Under the pieces are notes generated by a model. That model had not been told where the DNA came from and searched no databases. It worked only from the letters and a program-made list of their open reading frames with translations. The position numbers and the translations under genes were made by a program. Shown piece after piece: positions 17,148 through 26,989 of a stretch of DNA of 34,383 nucleotides (within the stretch, counting starts at the first letter, position 1; every line of letters begins with the position of its first letter). The DNA comes from a virus (lineage: Duplodnaviria > Caudoviricetes): the IMG/VR virus record IMGVR_UViG_3300005077_000065, positions 1 to 34,383 of that record. One strand, written 5' to 3'.

Positions 17148-17672
17148 CTATGTATTTTCACGCCCTGTGGCCTCTTTGCCAGCGGGTAACTCTCCAATAG
17201 CCATAACATAACCTTTCCAAGGTTCTTTGTTTCTAAGTATATTTAACTCGCCGCCTTTGCTTTGAGTTATCTTTGCCATGTCTATTGCTTTGCAGTTTAA
17301 AAATTTTAAGGCCCAGTTGATTAAAGACCTCAACCGTTTTAATGGAAATCCTTTACCATCAACGCCATGTGCAAGCTGGTTTAAATTACAATCGCCGAAA
17401 TGTATCGGCTCTTTATCTGCATGTACCCAGTCGTTGCACTCTTTCAAATCTGCAAGGAATCGTTCCTTATAATCGTCTTTGACAATAACATCAATAAACC
17501 TTAGTTCGGCTACCTTCGGATTCGCAAAGTTTCCAATCTCATACTTTGCGCCAGTTTTAAGCTTGTATCTAAGGCTGTTGATGTGCTTTTTGATTACTTC
17601 AAACTTATCATCTCTTGTATGGACAAGACAAATAATATGGGTGATATTATCACCCAGATTAAACTTGCCCAA
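17148..17672 (-). CDS. Hypothetical protein (174 aa)
   Basis: ORF track, in operon. Confidence 0.65.
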   Translation of the reverse strand: MGKFNLGDNITHIICLVHTRDDKFEVIKKHINSLRYKLKTGAKYEIGNFANPKVAELRFIDVIVKDDYKERFLADLKECNDWVHADKEPIHFGDCNLNQLAHGVDGKGFPLKRLRSLINWALKFLNCKAIDMAKITQSKGGELNILRNKEPWKGYVMAIGELPAGKEATGRENT

Positions 17673-17946
17673 CTACAAGAATTGAATAAGTGTGGTCGGT
17701 TGTACCGCCTGCTGCATCCAGCGTGACTACTCCTGCTGATTGTGTTGCGGTCACAATGTCGCCAGTTGTATTGTCCCATGCAATTACAAAGTCAACTGTA
17801 CTTATTGTTTCCCCTCCGGTGATTGTTGAACTGGTTAAATCAACGGTGTCTGCACTGTCTGCGGTGGCTGGTGTCTTGACCAGTAAAATTTTCCTGTTTT
17901 GTGATGGTACAACTCCATAAGAAGTGCACCCGGTTATAGCTGCCAT
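17659..17946 (-). CDS. Putative capsid decoration/cement protein
   Basis: Small Thr/Ala-rich beta protein after MCP; strong AGGAGGAG RBS. Confidence 0.55.
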   Translation of the reverse strand: MAAITGCTSYGVVPSQNRKILLVKTPATADSADTVDLTSSTITGGETISTVDFVIAWDNTTGDIVTATQSAGVVTLDAAGGTTDHTYSILVVGQV

Positions 17947-17964
17947 GTTTATCTCCTCCTTCGT

Positions 17965-18228
17965 TTATCTGTAAATTACAAGCCCACTTACTGCGCCTGT
18001 TGTTGCATCCGTGCAAGTTATCACATTCGTTGCGATGGTAACAGCTTCTTCTGAACCGTCTGCATCAATTGTGAGCACTGCCCAATCTACTGCTTTCGCA
18101 TTGGTTATTGTGACCGTATCGTTCTGTGCCGCTTTTGTAGCACTTTTCAACCGACCAAGTTTTAGGCCGGCATTAGTTGCGCCACCAAGCGGTGCGATTT
18201 CAGTCACAGTTGCATTGACATTAGTCAT
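17965..18228 (-). CDS. Putative capsid decoration/cement protein
   Basis: Small Thr/Ala-rich beta protein directly after MCP; AGGTGA RBS. Confidence 0.55.
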   Translation of the reverse strand: MTNVNATVTEIAPLGGATNAGLKLGRLKSATKAAQNDTVTITNAKAVDWAVLTIDADGSEEAVTIATNVITCTDATTGAVSGLVIYR

Positions 18229-18256
18229 TTTGATTCACCTAAGAAAATAAGCGCAA

Positions 18257-19393
18257 TTAAGCGCTTATTTCTGTTATTGAACTGCAAAACGCTGTGTTCT
18301 TTATTATCAATGCTTCGTAGATTTTCAGCATGAATTTTTCGCTGTCGTTGGTCTTTGCAAGGTCTTCATAGGTCAAATCTTGTAGAACTCTCATTTCTAC
18401 AACGCTTAGGTCTAAGAAATACATTGCTTTTGAACCGCTTACATTGCTCATATACATGCTTGGAATCACTGGTACTTGGCCAACCATTGTGTTTAAAACA
18501 ATCGTTGAAAAGCCCCAGAACACTTGCTGCGAACTTTGCAGATAACCAATCTTGGCTGTCAGAAGTGCAATCAAGTCAGTGAAAACTCCGCTTGAGCAAA
18601 CTGCAAGGTTTGGCCTACCGCCATCATCAAATGCATATCTGATTGCAAGGTCGATGTCTGCAAGTCCAAGTGCGCTTGTGTTTTTGTCAACTGTGTTTGT
18701 TGCTCCCATTAGCGTGATTATTCCGCTGAATTGTGTTGCGTCACTTCCTGCGTTACCGTTGATTATTAGGTTCTCTTCAAGTTCCCTTATTTCCCTTGTC
18801 TTGACAAGTACTTCAAACTGCTTGGCATTGCTTGCGCCTTGGTCACTAAATGAACCTGTGCTGCCGCCTGCTGGTTGGAATCCTTGCATAACAAAGCTTG
18901 GATAACTTGCGATTGCTTGCCCGGTAACCCTGCCAACTGCATAAAGATACTTTATAGCTGTGCTATATCTGTCAGTTGTGGTGTTGGTTTCTGCAAGTGC
19001 TGCATCTTCTGCTGCTGTGATGCCTCCACCTTTGGAAGTAATCATGTTATAGTCAGCCGTTAGGCCCATGTTTGTCACTCTTGGAATTATCTCAACAAGA
19101 GGGGTAAACTTCCTCGTAGTATCAATAACCCTTGGGTCAAGATAAACTGGAACCATTGCATAGCCTGCTGTTCCTGCACCGCCGGTCACGGATGTTAGTG
19201 CTTTCATACCTATTTTTGCCTTTTCATGCAAATCTTGTCTTAAATCAATCTCGTACTTTGGCTCTCCGCCGTTGCAAATGCTTTTGACATCTACCTTCTG
19301 GTAACAAGTGCCATTAGGCAAAGGCCCGAATGATTGTGCATAAGCGCTTCCAGCGTTTATTGAACCAAGACTGCCTGTGTTTGTGTTTTCCAT
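18257..19393 (-). CDS. Major capsid protein (HK97 fold)
   Basis: MVPVYLDPRVID..TPL, EENLIING..FSGI, MYFLDLS, YEDLAKTNDSEKFML; follows protease. Confidence 0.9.
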   Translation of the reverse strand: MENTNTGSLGSINAGSAYAQSFGPLPNGTCYQKVDVKSICNGGEPKYEIDLRQDLHEKAKIGMKALTSVTGGAGTAGYAMVPVYLDPRVIDTTRKFTPLVEIIPRVTNMGLTADYNMITSKGGGITAAEDAALAETNTTTDRYSTAIKYLYAVGRVTGQAIASYPSFVMQGFQPAGGSTGSFSDQGASNAKQFEVLVKTREIRELEENLIINGNAGSDATQFSGIITLMGATNTVDKNTSALGLADIDLAIRYAFDDGGRPNLAVCSSGVFTDLIALLTAKIGYLQSSQQVFWGFSTIVLNTMVGQVPVIPSMYMSNVSGSKAMYFLDLSVVEMRVLQDLTYEDLAKTNDSEKFMLKIYEALIIKNTAFCSSITEISA

Positions 19394-19407
19394 TGTTCCT
19401 CGCCTCC

Positions 19408-20433
19408 TTATCTAATTGCTTCCAGCATTCCTTTCAAAACTGGTTTATTTTCTTGTAGAACCTGCTCTTCATGCCTTGATTTCAATACTGGCTGGTTTTC
19501 CAACTTTTCAACCTTTGATTTTAGTTCAGCATTTTCTTTCAAAACACTTTTTAGTTCTGCTTTGATTTCGTTCAGAATGCTTTTAACTTCTGCATTAGCA
19601 TCTTCTTCTTCTTTTGATTCTTCCTCTTCAGAATCTTCTTTTTCTTCCTTTTTTTCTTCTTCCTGTTCTTCTTCTTTTACTTCTTTCTTCTCTTCTTCAA
19701 CAGGAGCCCCTTTTTGTTCAACATTTTCTTCAGTCATGGTATTCTCCTCCATATCAAGCAAACTTTTGACCATCACTTGGTCAAATTTGCAATTTCTGTT
19801 TACCGGGTCGCCGGTTATGGCAACATTTAACAATTTCAAATCATCCAATAGTCTGACTTTGACATTGTTAATGCTTTTGACTACTGCTCTTACCGGTATA
19901 TAAGCAATAGAAAAATACTCCAAAAATTTAGATTTAATACTGGCCCAGATATTATTGAAATATGGGTGTGCTGTGTTCATCTCTGCTTTGACCCAGATTC
20001 CTTTGCTGCCGCTTTCGGTTGTTTTAAATGCAGCATCTATAATCTTGGCCGGCGGGAGCACCGGGTTTGGAAACTCTGAATTGCCTGTTGCCATGTCCTT
20101 ATATACTGCATGTTCGATGTCAAGCTTGACAGTGCGGCCCTTAAGCTGGGTTATCATGCTACTTAGGCCCTGTTCAGTCACAAGGTCGTTATATACATCT
20201 ATATCACTTGTTGAAATAAAACCGGTTATATAGTACTTTTTGCCGCTTTTGGTTTCTACTTCAGAATACATCACATTGTCTGTAAAGAACTCATAACTTT
20301 TTGTACCCATCATCTTTTGATAGATGCCGGTTATGTAATCATAATCATCAGAATGGCCTTGGTTTGCAGCAATCTCTTTAGCTTTATTCCATTTTTCTTC
20401 ATCTATGGGTTTTCCATCAATAACTTTTGGCAT
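19408..20433 (-). CDS. Prohead protease fused to acidic scaffold region
   Basis: ITGFIST..IDVYND, LDIEH, FSIAY, LLNVAITGDPVN; Glu/Lys-rich linker and coiled coil. Confidence 0.85.
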   Translation of the reverse strand: MPKVIDGKPIDEEKWNKAKEIAANQGHSDDYDYITGIYQKMMGTKSYEFFTDNVMYSEVETKSGKKYYITGFISTSDIDVYNDLVTEQGLSSMITQLKGRTVKLDIEHAVYKDMATGNSEFPNPVLPPAKIIDAAFKTTESGSKGIWVKAEMNTAHPYFNNIWASIKSKFLEYFSIAYIPVRAVVKSINNVKVRLLDDLKLLNVAITGDPVNRNCKFDQVMVKSLLDMEENTMTEENVEQKGAPVEEEKKEVKEEEQEEEKKEEKEDSEEEESKEEEDANAEVKSILNEIKAELKSVLKENAELKSKVEKLENQPVLKSRHEEQVLQENKPVLKGMLEAIR

Positions 20434-20479
20434 ATAAATAAATCACTCTTAATCCCCTCTAATCCACATATTTGCCAAC

Positions 20480-20497
20480 AATCTTTTTAAAACTTTT
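20480..20497 (-). promoter_or_regulatory. Late-type TATA promoter motif (copy 1)
   Basis: Minus AAAAGTTTTAAAAAGATT, 17/18 identical to 26363-26380; upstream of protease-MCP. Confidence 0.55.
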
Positions 20498-20499
20498 GT

Positions 20500-20790
20500 C
20501 TATTTTGGATTTTTTGTTTTCTCTGTGGGTTTTTCCTTTTCTACCTTTTCATACTCAGCTATGTCTTTATCCAGCTTTTTTAAGCGGCTATTTATAGTGA
20601 ACATAAGGTTATTATCTGATAATTCTCGTATTAATCTAATCTGTGAAGGGGTAATGTTTGCGATGCTTTCAAGTTCGGCCTTTTGTTTTTTTAGGTGTTC
20701 TATGTCAATATCGCTGCTTAGTTTTTGCCATAGTTCAATCCGGCCATCTTCGGCTTTAACAAATTTTTTATCAACTGATTCAATTTTCAT
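20500..20790 (-). CDS. Hypothetical coiled-coil protein (96 aa)
   Basis: AGGTGG RBS, ORF track. Confidence 0.65.
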   Translation of the reverse strand: MKIESVDKKFVKAEDGRIELWQKLSSDIDIEHLKKQKAELESIANITPSQIRLIRELSDNNLMFTINSRLKKLDKDIAEYEKVEKEKPTEKTKNPK

Positions 20791-20798
20791 GTTTCCAC

Positions 20799-21176
20799 CT
20801 ACTCATCCCCTTCCCAAATAGTCTGGTCAAAAGAGTAATTCCAGTTTGCATCGTAAACTGGCATATCTTCATCCATTTCTTTTGGTGTGTAACTTTCACA
20901 GAAGTTATATGCACATTTGAACTGATTGCCAAATTCCTCTATCTTTGCAAGAGAAAACCAATTGTCAAAAACTTCTGCGGTAACATTAAATATCATTTTT
21001 GTAACTGGGATTTTTAATGCTTCTCTTGCCGCTTGGTCTTTGTAAATATAAAATCTGAACCTTGCATTCTTTAAATGCTTATCAACTTCAACAACATCTA
21101 TCACTCCGTATGCATCTGAATATTCTGTTCCTCTTTCATCAACATAAACTTGCCCTTCTTTTAAAATCATTGCCAT
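20799..21176 (-). CDS. Hypothetical protein, fibre-associated
   Basis: AGGTGA RBS before ATG 21176; follows head-region fibre. Confidence 0.65.
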   Translation of the reverse strand: MAMILKEGQVYVDERGTEYSDAYGVIDVVEVDKHLKNARFRFYIYKDQAAREALKIPVTKMIFNVTAEVFDNWFSLAKIEEFGNQFKCAYNFCESYTPKEMDEDMPVYDANWNYSFDQTIWEGDE

Positions 21177-21211
21177 GTTATTCACCTACTGTAACTTTCA
21201 TTTGCCTCATT

Positions 21212-22786
21212 TTAGCCACCTACCCATTGAGTTCCGTCATATTGAAATTTAATATTTTCCCCTGCAACGATTGTTATATTTGATGCAGAACCATAAAAAT
21301 TCTTGCCGTTTGGGTCAATATCTACAGCATTGGTGCTGTCAATGCAGACAATATTATGCACTTGGCCAGTTTCTGGTGACGGCGGTAGGTCAATCGTGAC
21401 CGTGTTGCTTGTGCCATCTGCAACAATCGCATAATCAAAGTTTGTCATCGTATAATCAGAAGTTTTTGTTTCTATCTTTTTAACAATAGCATTCCATAAG
21501 TAAGTCCTATCCTCATTATAAATTCCCCATGATGTTGTAAAATAAGAGGAATTGTCCGGGCAAATATATCCGTAGAAAGTATCAATTGACCAGCCAGAAA
21601 TTCCGGCCCCTGTTGGTACAGGATATATTTTAGCACTATCTATTGTTCCAGAACCACCACCGCTGCCATCATACAACACAAAATCAAAGCCCTTGTAACT
21701 TGTTACATTTGCGCCATTAGTAAATAAGCCAATACCAGTTATCAAAGTCGAAACATTACTTACAGTTCCAGATGTCTGGATAAATGCAGTGGCGTTGAGT
21801 GGTGCTATATTTCCAGTGAAATTTGCACCCGGCGATTGGTCAGCATTTGTAAACACGCCACCAAATAATCCATAATAACTTGCAGTATTTGTTGCTTGAG
21901 TTGCCTGTCCAAATGCAATAAATCCAAGCCCGACTGCAATTCCTGATTGGTTGTTTAATGTGGCTTGCACATTCATTTGATACTGAGTAAGATTTGGATT
22001 AGTTTCAAGAGAACCTATATTAACCTGCCCAGTCCACCAAAGGTTATCAGTTGTACCAAATGGATTCCTTAAATCTCCAGCCATTTCAATTCCACCAGAG
22101 ATTTCCATGTCACCGCCAAAGATTGAGGTTCCATCTTCATAAAGGATAGTGGAATAACCAAGAGCTGCTGTTAATGTTGGCGGTGTTGTCCATGTTGTTC
22201 CAAAAGTAGTATCATCGGCAACAGACCAACCAGAAGGCATTGTGAAAGTGTATGTCGTTCCACTTAATGAATAAGCGCCAATACCTTCAGTCCCTGACAT
22301 ATTAAATAAATCGACACCAAAAGCAACATCGAGAGCCGCTTTTGCAGTTGCAAAATCAACATCGGTAACAAGAGTGATATATGTTCCACCACCATCACCA
22401 CCAGCATCACATAAGAATACATTTAAATCTCCAACAGTTTCATCTAAATGATTTATGGTCTGGTTTGCATTTATGCCATCATTAGTGAAAAAATTAAAAT
22501 CTGAAAATCCATAACCTGCAAAAGAACCTGAAGTTGAAATTGCCCATATTGGCCCCGGCTCGTCTTGACTATCAACAAAAAAATTTATACTATTCCTTTT
22601 GAACGGTGAACCAGTAGCAATATAAGAATACATCGGCGCAAGTTTGATTGCTTCCAATGTTTCCATATCACCGGTTAATGGGTCATTTGTTGCGTCAAGT
22701 CTTAAATATGTAGAATCGGCAGAACCACTATCTAAAACACCAAGAATTTCATGTTCAATAATATGTTTTGGTATCTGTAGTCCCAT
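21212..22786 (-). CDS. Fibre/adhesin-like structural protein in the head module
   Basis: DSTYLRLDATNDPLTGD motif, Gly/Thr/Ser-rich, C-terminal TKTSDYT..VTIDLP..YDGTQW domain. Confidence 0.6.
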   Translation of the reverse strand: MGLQIPKHIIEHEILGVLDSGSADSTYLRLDATNDPLTGDMETLEAIKLAPMYSYIATGSPFKRNSINFFVDSQDEPGPIWAISTSGSFAGYGFSDFNFFTNDGINANQTINHLDETVGDLNVFLCDAGGDGGGTYITLVTDVDFATAKAALDVAFGVDLFNMSGTEGIGAYSLSGTTYTFTMPSGWSVADDTTFGTTWTTPPTLTAALGYSTILYEDGTSIFGGDMEISGGIEMAGDLRNPFGTTDNLWWTGQVNIGSLETNPNLTQYQMNVQATLNNQSGIAVGLGFIAFGQATQATNTASYYGLFGGVFTNADQSPGANFTGNIAPLNATAFIQTSGTVSNVSTLITGIGLFTNGANVTSYKGFDFVLYDGSGGGSGTIDSAKIYPVPTGAGISGWSIDTFYGYICPDNSSYFTTSWGIYNEDRTYLWNAIVKKIETKTSDYTMTNFDYAIVADGTSNTVTIDLPPSPETGQVHNIVCIDSTNAVDIDPNGKNFYGSASNITIVAGENIKFQYDGTQWVGG

Positions 22787-22795
22787 TTTGTCATT

Positions 22796-23017
22796 TTAGC
22801 TTGAATAAGTGTAAGTTGTTCTATCATCCCAGACTTTTGTAAAGCTGTCAAGTTTGTCGGCAAAGTAAATATAAACATTGTTGCCGCTTGATTTATCAAC
22901 CTTCATTATCTGCCAGACGGCTGCACTGGTTGCACTACCCCGGTTTGCTTGGCCTATAAATATGTTTGGTGAATCTGTGTCTTTGTCTACAAGCACCGTA
23001 AAGTTTTCATCTGCCAT
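22796..23017 (-). CDS. Small virion-associated protein
   Basis: IFIGQA..GSATSAAVWQIMKV..FTKVWDDRTTYTYS, a pattern seen next to phage fibres. Confidence 0.55.
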   Translation of the reverse strand: MADENFTVLVDKDTDSPNIFIGQANRGSATSAAVWQIMKVDKSSGNNVYIYFADKLDSFTKVWDDRTTYTYSS

Positions 23018-23018
23018 C

Positions 23019-23267
23019 TTACACCTTTAAAGTAACATTGATTTCTTCCTTATAATCTTCAATTTTGACCACTCTTGGATTATTGGAAATATGTGTGTCT
23101 ACCCAGATAATGTCATTTTCTGGTTCTAATGTTTTGCTGTATCTGCAATGATAAAAGGCATGTTCCAGATGGAAATAAATGTCAAAGCCGCCGCTATCTT
23201 CTTTAATCATTATCTTATTTGCGTCAAGCCAAATGGCCCTGCATACATCCCATGTGATTTCATACAT
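23019..23267 (-). CDS. Hypothetical protein (82 aa)
   Basis: ORF track, tightly packed. Confidence 0.6.
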   Translation of the reverse strand: MYEITWDVCRAIWLDANKIMIKEDSGGFDIYFHLEHAFYHCRYSKTLEPENDIIWVDTHISNNPRVVKIEDYKEEINVTLKV

Positions 23268-23269
23268 CT

Positions 23270-23896
23270 TTAAACCTCTGTAAACATTATGATAGTGCGG
23301 CAGTTCGGGTGAAATGGCGGCGCATCGCCTTGGAATGTTTTGTTTCTTACCTTTACTGTAAACAGCTTATCAAGCGGTATCGCTTGCTCTGGCGTTCCAT
23401 ACTTTTTATGTTCTGCCATGCAGATGTCGCTGGTTCGCTGGTCTACACTTACATCAAGGTATTTTTTAAGCTTCAGCCCGCTTTGTTTTGCACCATCAAG
23501 CTGACCATAGTTGCCGGCCCGGTTGCCTTCAGTTCTTATTACTGTCTTAAGCCGGTTCATGTATTTTTGGTCTTTGAATACTTGTTTGACCCTTTGCTTA
23601 AGTTGTTTTAAATCAACACCATCAAGCTGTGCCCTTTGTATCTCTTGCCGTAGGCTTTGGTTAATTTCTTCGGCTGTGTTACCAACATTCCCAGCAACAT
23701 ATTGCCTTAGATTATTTAGGTTTTGGTCATCCCTTGTAAAGTTTATTTGAAATAAATCTTCGGCTTTAATCAGCCCTTCATCATACTTTTTTTGAACATA
23801 ATTATCAAGCTTTTCTTGGAAAAATGTGGCAGTAAAAACTTTCATAAAGCCTCTCAGTAGTGCCTCTATTATGTTTTTTGCTTCGACATCTTTCAT
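23270..23896 (-). CDS. Minor head morphogenesis protein (Mu gpF / SPP1 gp7 family)
   Basis: IRTEGNRA..N.G, DQRTSDIC, PPFHPNCR. Confidence 0.9.
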   Translation of the reverse strand: MKDVEAKNIIEALLRGFMKVFTATFFQEKLDNYVQKKYDEGLIKAEDLFQINFTRDDQNLNNLRQYVAGNVGNTAEEINQSLRQEIQRAQLDGVDLKQLKQRVKQVFKDQKYMNRLKTVIRTEGNRAGNYGQLDGAKQSGLKLKKYLDVSVDQRTSDICMAEHKKYGTPEQAIPLDKLFTVKVRNKTFQGDAPPFHPNCRTIIMFTEV

Positions 23897-26229
23897 TTTT
23901 CAAAATCGCTTAGTTTATCTATTTCTTGTAAAAGAGTCTTTTCAACCGCATCAACATAACTTTCCATTTCTGTTTCGAGTGTTTTTTCTTCACTCTTATT
24001 TTTTTTCTCAACTTTGATTTCATCTTTTATTTGCTTGGCTTGCTTTATTGCATTCATCACATCTTCTTTGCTATTATCCCCTTGGGCATAACCAAGCAAT
24101 ACATCGCTTAGTTCAAAGTGCAGCTGCCTTTCTTCTGCGGTTTTTGGGTTTCCGATAATTTTTGAAGTGATTGCTTCTGTTATTCCCTGCAAGTCTGATG
24201 TGTCTACTTTATCCATAAGGCTTGGCAGTTCATCTATTCTGGATTGAGTATCTTCATCAATTACTTTGCCCTTAGAAGTATCATCTCTTGTTTCATTTTT
24301 TTGTTTTCTTAAAACTTGTTTTGCAGCCCAATCTGCAGCATCTGCCGTTGATATTCCTTGCCCTTTTGCATACCTAAAATAATCATTATAGTCTGCATCA
24401 TCGGGTAATTGGTGTGGTTTAATTGCAGTAGAACTTTCCTTTTTTGAAGATTCTGGTTTTTTAGATGACTCCAATAAAGATGGGTCTTTATTTATGGCAG
24501 ATATCACCTTCAACTTATCACTCATGGTTAATCCTAACCACGATGGGCCAGATGTAACCCCAACCGATTCTAAAAAGTTTTTCCTTTGTTCATTTGAAGC
24601 GGCAGAATATACAATTCTTGCTTCCCTTTCACTGATATATCTCTTTTTTGGAGCTGCATCTTCTTGGTATTTATACTGATAATTGCCAGATGAACCTGTA
24701 CGGCTGATATATTTGTGTTTTGTTTCCGTCTTTTTATCAAGATTAATATACTCATATTGGTTGGATTGATTAAATCCTTGATTTTCCATATTTGACTGGG
24801 CCAACTCTGATTGCCGCATTTTGCTTTCCATCAGTTCATCAACATTGATGCCAAGTTCTTTTGCAGCCATTTCCGGTGTTAAAACGCCCATATTAATCTG
24901 CTTCTCAATCAACTCATGCTTCCTAAAGTCCTCTTCAATGTCGTAATAGTTAAAAGTGAACTCCAGCGGGCAATCGGAATAGTCGATGTTGCCAAAGAAC
25001 TCTGTCATTATTTGCGTGTTAATATGATACTCAATAAGCTTTAATATTGGCCTTAGCGCTTTTCTTTTCACAACCTTTGCAGCTTCATGTGCTACGGCCC
25101 GGTTGCTGTTTTCAGTAAAGCCCATCTCCTCTGGTGTTACGCCAAAGCTTGCCATGAGAACTTTAAAGAACCATTCTTGTTGGCTTATTATCTCAAGGTC
25201 TTTGCTCATAATCTGGAATGGCGTAAACTTGACTTCTTGGCTGCTTATAGGAAATTTAAAAAAGCTTTTTCGCTTCACGCCAAACTCGTCTGTTTCCTTA
25301 AACTGATTTTCAAAGTTTGCCCTAAAATTTGATATTTGTGTTCTGTCGGCCCCGGTCAATGTAATTGCGCCTTCTGGCATGTTGTTGTTAGCGTAAAATC
25401 CAAGATTATATTTAGAACCATAAACAAGCGTTAATATCATACTTTCAAGAACCTCAATCACTGCTCTACCATATATGGAATCTGGGCGGGGGTTAGAAAT
25501 TATGTAGACTATTTCTCTTTTCCCAAATGGCACTGGCATGCTGCCGGCTGTCCAACCATACTGGAAATAAGCGGCCCTTGGGCTTATCGCTGTATCGTAC
25601 AAGTTTCTTAATTGGTCTGCGTTCTGGTAATTTGGTTTGGTTACATTGTCAGAATACATAAGATTTGGATTAATCGGCGCAACAAAATCATCTCTGTTTT
25701 CTATGCTGCCAAACTGGTCTGGGTTCTTTAGAAATGTTGCGCCATCTCTGGCATATATCTGGCTTAGTTCGCCTTTGCGGTTAAACACCTTGACAATTAC
25801 GCCTGCATCAATCTCAAGGATGCCGGTTATAAGCGCCCTTAGAATAAAACCCAAGCTTTCATCGTTGCCGTTTGGATTATTAAAAAATTTCCTAATCTCT
25901 TTAATTTTTTGCTGATAATCAACGCCATCATCTTGGTACTCATCTTTTACTTGAATATTCCAGTCTACTGCGCTTGCTTCATCGCATAAGGTTTTTATTA
26001 TTGAGAACACATAAGGGGTTTTTGCAAGCAACTTTATGTAAGGCAGATTTGTTTTTCTTGGATAACCATATGGCGGCTTGTAAAGAAATTCTGGAATATA
26101 TGCTTTAAATATGTCAAAACTTTCAAATGGTTTATCAATACTTCTTCCTGCTGTGTCAAATAATGCTGTGCTGTTAGCTTGGTCTTGCGGCTGTTGTCTT
26201 TTTAGCCCTATTCTTTCTAAGATTCCCAT
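23893..26229 (-). CDS. Portal protein with C-terminal inserted cargo region (778 aa)
   Basis: FFNNPN, YGRAVIE, FYANNNMPEG, FGVTPEEMG, LRPILKLIEYHIN; start moved to MGILERIG (26229). Confidence 0.9.
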   Translation of the reverse strand: MGILERIGLKRQQPQDQANSTALFDTAGRSIDKPFESFDIFKAYIPEFLYKPPYGYPRKTNLPYIKLLAKTPYVFSIIKTLCDEASAVDWNIQVKDEYQDDGVDYQQKIKEIRKFFNNPNGNDESLGFILRALITGILEIDAGVIVKVFNRKGELSQIYARDGATFLKNPDQFGSIENRDDFVAPINPNLMYSDNVTKPNYQNADQLRNLYDTAISPRAAYFQYGWTAGSMPVPFGKREIVYIISNPRPDSIYGRAVIEVLESMILTLVYGSKYNLGFYANNNMPEGAITLTGADRTQISNFRANFENQFKETDEFGVKRKSFFKFPISSQEVKFTPFQIMSKDLEIISQQEWFFKVLMASFGVTPEEMGFTENSNRAVAHEAAKVVKRKALRPILKLIEYHINTQIMTEFFGNIDYSDCPLEFTFNYYDIEEDFRKHELIEKQINMGVLTPEMAAKELGINVDELMESKMRQSELAQSNMENQGFNQSNQYEYINLDKKTETKHKYISRTGSSGNYQYKYQEDAAPKKRYISEREARIVYSAASNEQRKNFLESVGVTSGPSWLGLTMSDKLKVISAINKDPSLLESSKKPESSKKESSTAIKPHQLPDDADYNDYFRYAKGQGISTADAADWAAKQVLRKQKNETRDDTSKGKVIDEDTQSRIDELPSLMDKVDTSDLQGITEAITSKIIGNPKTAEERQLHFELSDVLLGYAQGDNSKEDVMNAIKQAKQIKDEIKVEKKNKSEEKTLETEMESYVDAVEKTLLQEIDKLSDFEK

Positions 26230-26239
26230 GATAATAAAG

Positions 26240-26285
26240 GCATGCGCTGCAATGGGAGAGTGAGGCCCATTTGCAACGGTCATGC
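26240..26285 (-). other. Hairpin in portal leader, loop CCUCACUCU
   Basis: Long stem with G-U on the minus strand; shares GGGAGAGTGAGG (+) with 32569-32580. Confidence 0.55.
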
Positions 26286-26362
26286 GCTGAAATTTGCTAA
26301 AACATCAATCGAGGGGCGATTGTGCATAGCTTATTGCTGGCAATATGCACAATATCCCTATT

Positions 26363-26380
26363 AATCTTTTTAAAAGTTTT
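26363..26380 (-). promoter_or_regulatory. Late-type TATA promoter motif (copy 2)
   Basis: Minus AAAACTTTTAAAAAGATT upstream of portal. Confidence 0.55.
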
Positions 26381-26781
26381 TATTTTTCCGGCACAGCATC
26401 GCCAATCTCTTCAACCTGTTTCTCAAGGTTTGTTACCCATTGGCTTATGTTATGCAGCGCATCAGTGTTCTTTTTATATTCTAAGTACACCTTGGCTTTC
26501 TCTTGCATTCTTACAAACTCTTCAAGCTTGTTTTTCTCTCTAAGGTTGATTTTCTTTTTTATTTCTTCAAGCTTGACTTCAATCTGCTCTTTTTGTTTTA
26601 GCGCATTTTGAATGTCTGATTCAATCCGCTTTTTTATGTTTAAGATTGCATCAACCTTATATGTGTCAATTACTTTTCTTGTGCCGACTGCTTTTTCGCC
26701 TTCTTTAAGCGTTATCCCCTCTTCTTCAACTATCACTTCATTGCCTAACTTTCTTAGTTTTCTTCTCATACTTAAATCCAT
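26380..26781 (-). CDS. Hypothetical coiled-coil protein (133 aa)
   Basis: AGGTGA RBS, ORF track. Confidence 0.7.
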   Translation of the reverse strand: MDLSMRRKLRKLGNEVIVEEEGITLKEGEKAVGTRKVIDTYKVDAILNIKKRIESDIQNALKQKEQIEVKLEEIKKKINLREKNKLEEFVRMQEKAKVYLEYKKNTDALHNISQWVTNLEKQVEEIGDAVPEK

Positions 26782-26989
26782 CTTTTATCACCTGCATTAT
26801 TTCCTCTTTTATAATGAAATCGCCGCTTATATTGGCTTTGATTATCTTGCCGCAAGCAACACACCTTAAGACTATCTTACCGCTGCTTGTTTGCTTGACC
26901 TTGTAACATGCCGTTCTATGGCTTAATCTATTCTTTGGTGGGCAGTATGGGCATATTAAAAGCTTTTGCTTGAAATCGTCTTTTATCAT
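26738..26989 (-). CDS. Small Zn-ribbon protein
   Basis: CPYC...CVACG; ATGA overlap with terL stop. Confidence 0.6.
   Translation of the reverse strand: MIKDDFKQKLLICPYCPPKNRLSHRTACYKVKQTSSGKIVLRCVACGKIIKANISGDFIIKEEIMQVIKDGFKYEKKTKKVRQ

Noticed and set aside
26230-26283. 18-aa N-terminal extension of portal
   Set aside because: Lies within the leader hairpin; MGILERIG is the more typical start
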